Below, one piece after another: positions 59,289-64,000 of a stretch of DNA of 64,000 nt. The notes beneath the pieces are model-generated. The model saw nothing but the letters and a program-made list of their open reading frames with translations, ran no database searches and had not been told where the DNA came from. The DNA is taken from positions 5,886-69,885 of the forward strand of contig WGLW01000035.1 in the NCBI GenBank assembly GCA_016125405.1, given 5' to 3'. Made by a program: the position numbers and the translations under genes. Numbering within the stretch: position 1 is the first letter of the stretch; each line of letters starts with the position of its first letter. The DNA comes from Alphaproteobacteria bacterium. GTDB lineage: Bacteria; Pseudomonadota; Alphaproteobacteria; Caulobacterales; Hyphomonadaceae.

Positions 59289-60020
59289 ATGGACATCAAG
59301 GGCTGCACCGCGCTCGTAACAGGCGCCAACCGTGGTTTGGGAAAAGCCTATGTCGAGGCCCTGTTCGCGGCAGGCGCATCGAAAGTCTACGCCGGCGCCC
59401 GCGATCCCGGATCGGTGGCGGACAGCCGCGCCGTCCCTGTCAAACTCGATGTCACTTCGCCCGCAGACGTGACGCTTGCGGCGACTGAGCACTGCCGTGA
59501 TGTCAACCTGCTGATCAACAATGCCGGCATCATGCTGGCGTCGCCAATGCTGCAGCCTCATTCCGAGGAGGCGCTGCGCCAGGAGATGGAGGTCAATGTC
59601 TTCGGCATGCAGCGGATGATCCGCGCCTTCTCGCCGGTGCTCGCGCGCAATGGCGGCGGCGCCATCGCCAACATGCTCTCGGTGGTCAGCTGGTTCGTGA
59701 ATCCGATCAACGCGACCTACTGCGCCTCCAAGCACGCGGCGAAGGCTGTGTCCGACGCAGCCCGCATGGAACTGAAGGCGCAAGGCACCCACGTCGTCAG
59801 CATCTACGCGGGCTACATCGACACCGACATGGTCGGATCGCTGGACGTGAAAAAGACGTCGCCCCGTCAGGTAGCGGAACGCACGCTGGAAGGCATCCGC
59901 ACGAACGCCAACCATGTCCGCGCCGACGATCGCGCCGACATGATCTGGAACGCGACACGCACGGATCCGGATCAGCTCGAAGCCCAAATGCAGGCGCAGT
60001 GGGACAGCCAGTCCCGCTAG
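59289..60020 (+). CDS. short-chain dehydrogenase/reductase (SDR) family oxidoreductase
   Basis: TGANRGLG cofactor motif; catalytic YCASKHA. Confidence 0.88.
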   Translation: MDIKGCTALVTGANRGLGKAYVEALFAAGASKVYAGARDPGSVADSRAVPVKLDVTSPADVTLAATEHCRDVNLLINNAGIMLASPMLQPHSEEALRQEMEVNVFGMQRMIRAFSPVLARNGGGAIANMLSVVSWFVNPINATYCASKHAAKAVSDAARMELKAQGTHVVSIYAGYIDTDMVGSLDVKKTSPRQVAERTLEGIRTNANHVRADDRADMIWNATRTDPDQLEAQMQAQWDSQSR

Positions 60021-60027
60021 CGTCCCG

Positions 60028-60576
60028 TCACTTCAGCCCATCGACGGCGGCCAGGATTGCCTCATTCGACGGCCGGTGCTTGAAGCCCTCCTCGGCCAGC
60101 TTCGCGCGCACGATCCCGTCCGGAGAAATCACGAATATCGATGGCTGCGGCACGCCGTAGGCCATGTTCCCCGGCGGGTACTGCGGATCGCGCAACTTGA
60201 AGGCGTCGATCATCACCGAGCCCTTGTCGGAGAGCAGCGTGTAGGGAATGTCCCGCCGTTTTGTGAATGTCGCGAGGACCTCCGGATCATCATAGCTGAT
60301 AGCCACAAGGCGGTAGCCGCGCTGCTCCAACGGCGCTGCGGCCTTTTTGAGATCGATAAGCTGGGCCTGACAATAGGGGCACCATTTTGCCGACCGGAAG
60401 AACACCAGCACCGTGCCGTTCTTCCCGGCAATGTCCTTGAGCCCGACAGGCTTCGCCTGATCGTCCTGCGCATGAAATTCCGGGATATGCGTCCCCACGG
60501 CCGGACCGACATCGAGCGCCAGGGCCGCCGGCGCCCACATCATGGCGGCGATCGCCAGAAGTATCCGAAATTTCAT
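60028..60576 (-). CDS. secreted redoxin/AhpC-TSA-family thiol oxidoreductase
   Basis: Signal peptide MKFRILLAIAAMMWAPAALA; WCPYC active site. The ORF track starts at 60606. Confidence 0.82.
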   Translation of the reverse strand: MKFRILLAIAAMMWAPAALALDVGPAVGTHIPEFHAQDDQAKPVGLKDIAGKNGTVLVFFRSAKWCPYCQAQLIDLKKAAAPLEQRGYRLVAISYDDPEVLATFTKRRDIPYTLLSDKGSVMIDAFKLRDPQYPPGNMAYGVPQPSIFVISPDGIVRAKLAEEGFKHRPSNEAILAAVDGLK

Positions 60577-60750
60577 CCGCATCTCCCGAGGTTGGCCTGA
60601 TACCAACGTTCGAGGTCATTCGCTCTCGCGACGCCAATGGTTACACTGGGTGTTTCCAGCAATCTGCCCAAGGTGGCCGGGCGGGTTGCGTAGATTCCCC
60701 CGGCCGGCTTTGTCTGCCACCCTCTCCGGAAGTCGATTCGGTCCCCATTC

Positions 60751-62121
60751 ATGGCCAAAGCCGCCACAGCCTTCGTTTGCCAGTCCTGCGGCGCCGCCCA
60801 CGCGAAGTGGTCGGGCCGATGCGACGCCTGCGGCGGCTGGAACACGCTGGTCGAGGAGAGCATCAGCGCGCCCCCGGGCGGCCTGTCAGTGGCCACGGGA
60901 AGCGCGAAAACGCGGATCGCCAATGTCGACTTCTCCCCGCTCGACAGCGCCGACCCGCCGCCACCTAGGCTCTCCACCGGCGTCGCCGAACTCGACCGCG
61001 TGTTCGGCGGCGGCGTGGCGCGGTCCTCCGCCGTGCTGGTGGGCGGCGATCCAGGCATCGGCAAGTCCACACTCCTGCTGCAGGCGGCCGCCCAGATGGC
61101 GCAGGCCGGCGTCCGGTCGGTCTATATCTCGGGCGAGGAAGCCATTTCCCAGATCCAGGCGCGCGCCCGCCGGCTGGGCGTGGCTTCAGCGCCCGTCCAG
61201 CTCGCAGCCGAAACCGACCTTCGCGCCATCCTCAAGGCGCTCAAGGCCCATCCGCCCGAACTTGTCGTGGTCGACAGCGTGCAAACGCTCTGGTCGGACT
61301 CGTTCGACGCGGCCCCGGGATCCGTCGCCCAGGTGCGCGCCTGCGCGCAGGAACTGACCCGTTTCGCCAAGAAGACCGGCGCCTCGGTCATTCTCATCGG
61401 GCATGTCACCAAGGACGGGCAAATTGCCGGTCCCCGCGTACTCGAACACATGGTCGACGCGGTCTTCTATTTCGAGGGCGAACGCGGCCACCAGTTTCGC
61501 GTGTTGCGTTCGGTCAAGAACCGCTTCGGTCCGACAGACGAAATCGGCGTCTTCGAGATGGGCGAACAGGGCCTTTCGGGCGCGAAGGACCCGTCGGCCT
61601 TCTTCCTCGGCGGAGCTGACGACGGCGCGTCGGGCCGGGCCGTTTTCGCCGCGATGGAGGGCTCGCGCCCGATGCTGTCCGAAGTGCAGGCGCTGGCCGG
61701 ACCGGAAGCCGCCGGCAGCCCGCGCCGCTCCGTGGTCGGATGGGAAGCCTCGCGCCTCGCCATGCTGCTCGCCGTCTTCGAAACACGCTGCGGACTGCGT
61801 CTCGGCTCGCGCGACGTCTATCTCAGCGTCACAGGCGGTTACCGCATCGCCGAACCGGCTGGCGACCTCGCAGCAGCCGCGGCGCTTGCCTCCTCGCTGC
61901 TGGACCGCCCAACGGCGCCCGGCTCGGTGTTCTTTGGCGAGGTCGCCCTCTCTGGCGCCATCCGCCCCGTGGGACGTATCGAGCCCCGCCTGCGCGAGGC
62001 GGCGCGGCTGGGCTTCACACAGGCCTACGCCCCCGCCGGGGCGCCAGAACTAGTCGACGGCATGGCGGTCCATGGGGTATCGAGGCTCCAGGACCTCATC
62101 GAGGTGCTGCAAGGGGAGTAA
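60751..62121 (+). CDS. radA: DNA repair protein RadA
   Basis: N-terminal zinc finger CQSCG...CDACG; Walker A GGDPGIGKSTL; KNRFG; Lon-like C-terminal domain. Confidence 0.96.
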   Translation: MAKAATAFVCQSCGAAHAKWSGRCDACGGWNTLVEESISAPPGGLSVATGSAKTRIANVDFSPLDSADPPPPRLSTGVAELDRVFGGGVARSSAVLVGGDPGIGKSTLLLQAAAQMAQAGVRSVYISGEEAISQIQARARRLGVASAPVQLAAETDLRAILKALKAHPPELVVVDSVQTLWSDSFDAAPGSVAQVRACAQELTRFAKKTGASVILIGHVTKDGQIAGPRVLEHMVDAVFYFEGERGHQFRVLRSVKNRFGPTDEIGVFEMGEQGLSGAKDPSAFFLGGADDGASGRAVFAAMEGSRPMLSEVQALAGPEAAGSPRRSVVGWEASRLAMLLAVFETRCGLRLGSRDVYLSVTGGYRIAEPAGDLAAAAALASSLLDRPTAPGSVFFGEVALSGAIRPVGRIEPRLREAARLGFTQAYAPAGAPELVDGMAVHGVSRLQDLIEVLQGE

Positions 62122-62124
62122 GCC

Positions 62125-62697
62125 GTGGCGGATCTGTTCAAGGGCGGCCTCACCGCCTTCGACATCATCGTGCTCGCCATCATCGTGGTTTCAGCCGTCA
62201 TGTCGCTCGGCCGGGGCCTGATCCGCGAAGGCTCCTCTGTCATTTCCTTCATTGTCGGCGGGCTTGCCGCCTATTACGCGCTGGTCCTGTTCGAACGTCC
62301 CCTGGCCAGCATCCTGCCAAAAAGCTGGCCCGCCGTGACCCCGGCGGCGATCCTTGTGGTTGTCGGCTTCCTCGCCGCCTATTCGCTCGCGGCCTTCCTT
62401 GGCGGGCGGGTCTCGAAGCTGATCCACGCCAACCCGGAAATCGGCCTGGTGGACCGTCTGGCCGGGGCGGTTTTTGGCGTCGTCCGGGGGGCGCTTTCGA
62501 TCGTTTTGTTCGTATTGCTGATGCAACAGGTGCTGCCTGAAGAAGGTACACCCCGCTTTGTTGCAGACTCGCGCGTTTTCCCGTATGCGGACGCCGCAGC
62601 CGGCTGGATCCGGACCAACGTACCCGGATTTGTCGACCGCGCCCGAAAGACCATAGAGTCGCCCGTCCAGAACCATATCGACGAGCAGCACGGCTAG
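62125..62697 (+). CDS. cvpA: CvpA-family membrane protein
   Basis: FDIIVLAIIVVSAVMSLGRGLIRE plus four TM helices; sits in the classic cvpA-purF arrangement. Confidence 0.88.
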   Translation: MADLFKGGLTAFDIIVLAIIVVSAVMSLGRGLIREGSSVISFIVGGLAAYYALVLFERPLASILPKSWPAVTPAAILVVVGFLAAYSLAAFLGGRVSKLIHANPEIGLVDRLAGAVFGVVRGALSIVLFVLLMQQVLPEEGTPRFVADSRVFPYADAAAGWIRTNVPGFVDRARKTIESPVQNHIDEQHG

Positions 62698-62735
62698 GTC
62701 TGAGGGGTCCGACAGCTAAAGCTCCGGAGGCTTGA

Positions 62736-64000
62736 TTGGCCGCCTATCCCGCAGACGTCCCGGACATCTCACAGGACGACTTCGGCCCGGCCAGCAAGGA
62801 CGGCATGCGCCACAAGTGCGGCGTCTTCGGCGTCTTCGGGCGCGACGACGCGGCAGTCCTCACAGCGCTTGGGCTTCACGCTCTCCAGCATCGCGGCCAG
62901 GAAGCCGCCGGCATCGTCACCTTTGACGACAGCAAGGGCGGCCGCTTCTTCTCCGAACGCCACATGGGTCTTGTCGGCGACAGCTTCAGCGAGGAGCAGG
63001 GCGCGATCTCCCGCCTGCCCGGCCGCGCCGCCATCGGCCACAACCGCTATTCGACGTCGGGGCGCGTCGTCCTGCGCAACATCCAGCCGATCTATGCCGA
63101 TCTCGCCCATGGCGGTTTCGCGATCGCGCACAACGGCAACCTGACCAACGCACGCGCCATCCACCGCGAGCTTGTCGACAACGGCGCCATTTTCCAGTCC
63201 ACGATGGACACCGAAGTCGTGCTTCAGCTGATCGCGCGCTCCAACCGCAACCGCATCGAGGATCGTTTCATCGATGCCCTGCGGCAGGTCGACGGCGGCT
63301 ATGCCTTTGTTGCACTGACGAACGGCAAGCTGCTGGGCGCCCGCGATCCTTGGGGCCTGCGCCCGCTGGTGCTCGGCGAGATCGATGGCGCACCCGTGCT
63401 GGCGTCCGAAACCTGCGCGCTCGACGCCATCGGCGCCAGCTTCGTACGCAACATCGAAGCCGGCGAAGTAGTGGTCATCACGGCGGACGGCGTCGAAAGC
63501 CTGACACCCTTCCCGTCGCTGCACGCCAGCCCCTGCGTGTTCGAGTATGTCTATTTCGCGCGGCCCGACAGCATCATGCACGGGCGGAGCGTCTATGAGA
63601 CGCGCCACCGTTTCGGCCAGGTGCTGTCGCGCGAACATGCCGTGGACGCCGACATCGTCTGCCCGGTGCCCGATGGCGGCAATCCTGCCGCGCTGGGCTA
63701 TGCGGAGGCCTCCGGCATCCCCTTCGGTTTCGGCATCATTCGCAACCACTATGTCGGCCGCACCTTCATCCAGCCGACGCAGACCGGCCGCCAGCGCTCG
63801 ATCTCCAAGAAGCACGCGGCCAACAAGCCCCTGCTTGATGGCAAGCGGGTCATTCTCGTCGATGACTCCATCGTTCGCGGCAACACGTCGGCCAAGATCA
63901 TCCAGATGGTGCGCGATGCGGGCGCCGCGGAAATCCACGTCCGCGTCGCCAGCCCGCCGATCAAGTATCCCGACTTCTACGGCATCGACATGCCGTCCAA
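62736..64000 (+). CDS. purF: amidophosphoribosyltransferase (3'-truncated by the window edge)
   Basis: Not in the ORF track because it runs off the window. Read directly: ...MRHKCGVFGVFG, GHNRYSTSG, DTEVV, VCPVPDGG, VILVDDSIVRGNTS. TTG 62736 is preceded by GGAGG; an internal ATG lies at 62805. Confidence 0.9.
   Translation, partial: MAAYPADVPDISQDDFGPASKDGMRHKCGVFGVFGRDDAAVLTALGLHALQHRGQEAAGIVTFDDSKGGRFFSERHMGLVGDSFSEEQGAISRLPGRAAIGHNRYSTSGRVVLRNIQPIYADLAHGGFAIAHNGNLTNARAIHRELVDNGAIFQSTMDTEVVLQLIARSNRNRIEDRFIDALRQVDGGYAFVALTNGKLLGARDPWGLRPLVLGEIDGAPVLASETCALDAIGASFVRNIEAGEVVVITADGVESLTPFPSLHASPCVFEYVYFARPDSIMHGRSVYETRHRFGQVLSREHAVDADIVCPVPDGGNPAALGYAEASGIPFGFGIIRNHYVGRTFIQPTQTGRQRSISKKHAANKPLLDGKRVILVDDSIVRGNTSAKIIQMVRDAGAAEIHVRVASPPIKYPDFYGIDMPS

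Noticed and set aside
60608-60622. GTTC-N-TTC sequence resembling an alphaproteobacterial LexA box (GTTC-N7-GTTC) near radA
   Set aside because: The second half-site is ATTC/TTCG with the wrong spacing (N6), so it does not match the direct-repeat consensus.
1-64000. Searched for CRISPR repeats, IS/transposase or integrase genes, tRNA/rRNA genes, prophage or defence-island signatures, toxin-antitoxin pairs and large direct repeats
   Set aside because: None was seen. Every spacer is under 400 nt, the only repeats are short hairpins, and gene content is core housekeeping apart from the few items listed in the findings.

Overview
This is a GC-rich, tightly packed stretch of core chromosome. I infer it is alphaproteobacterial from three things: the rne / amiC-mrcA-prfB synteny; the presence of hda, an NDUFA12 homologue and a bactofilin; and the pepA-holC / lptFG-lptD-surA-pdxA-rsmA block. 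About 60 protein genes fill almost the whole window. They cover translation (prfB with its programmed +1 frameshift, aspS, rpsF-rpsR-rplI), envelope biogenesis (mrcA, amiC, mltG, lptFGD, surA, mlaD/E/F), fatty-acid synthesis (accBC, fabD-fabG-acpP-fabF), purine synthesis (purM, purN, purF), replication and repair (dnaB, hda, holC, radA), RNA turnover (rne, rnd, yicC) and polyphosphate metabolism (ppk-ppx). I found no rRNA, tRNA, CRISPR array, IS element, integrase, prophage or recognisable defence island, so most of the window is ordinary. Items worth a second look, in order of interest: (1) a class II ribonucleotide-reductase paralogue whose catalytic cysteines appear to be substituted; (2) next to it, an orphan plasmid-type ParA-like ATPase with a ribbon-helix-helix partner and a leader that could sequester its SD; (3) ppx, whose essential N-terminal ATPase motif lies upstream of any canonical start codon; (4) a translationally coupled HupE/UreJ-like transporter plus an unknown membrane-anchored protein behind a palindrome; (5) an overlapping-codon operon NDUFA12-mlaD-DUF2155 whose last gene overlaps aat by 151 nt. 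All motif alignments were done by eye and from memory, so they need HMM or structure confirmation.
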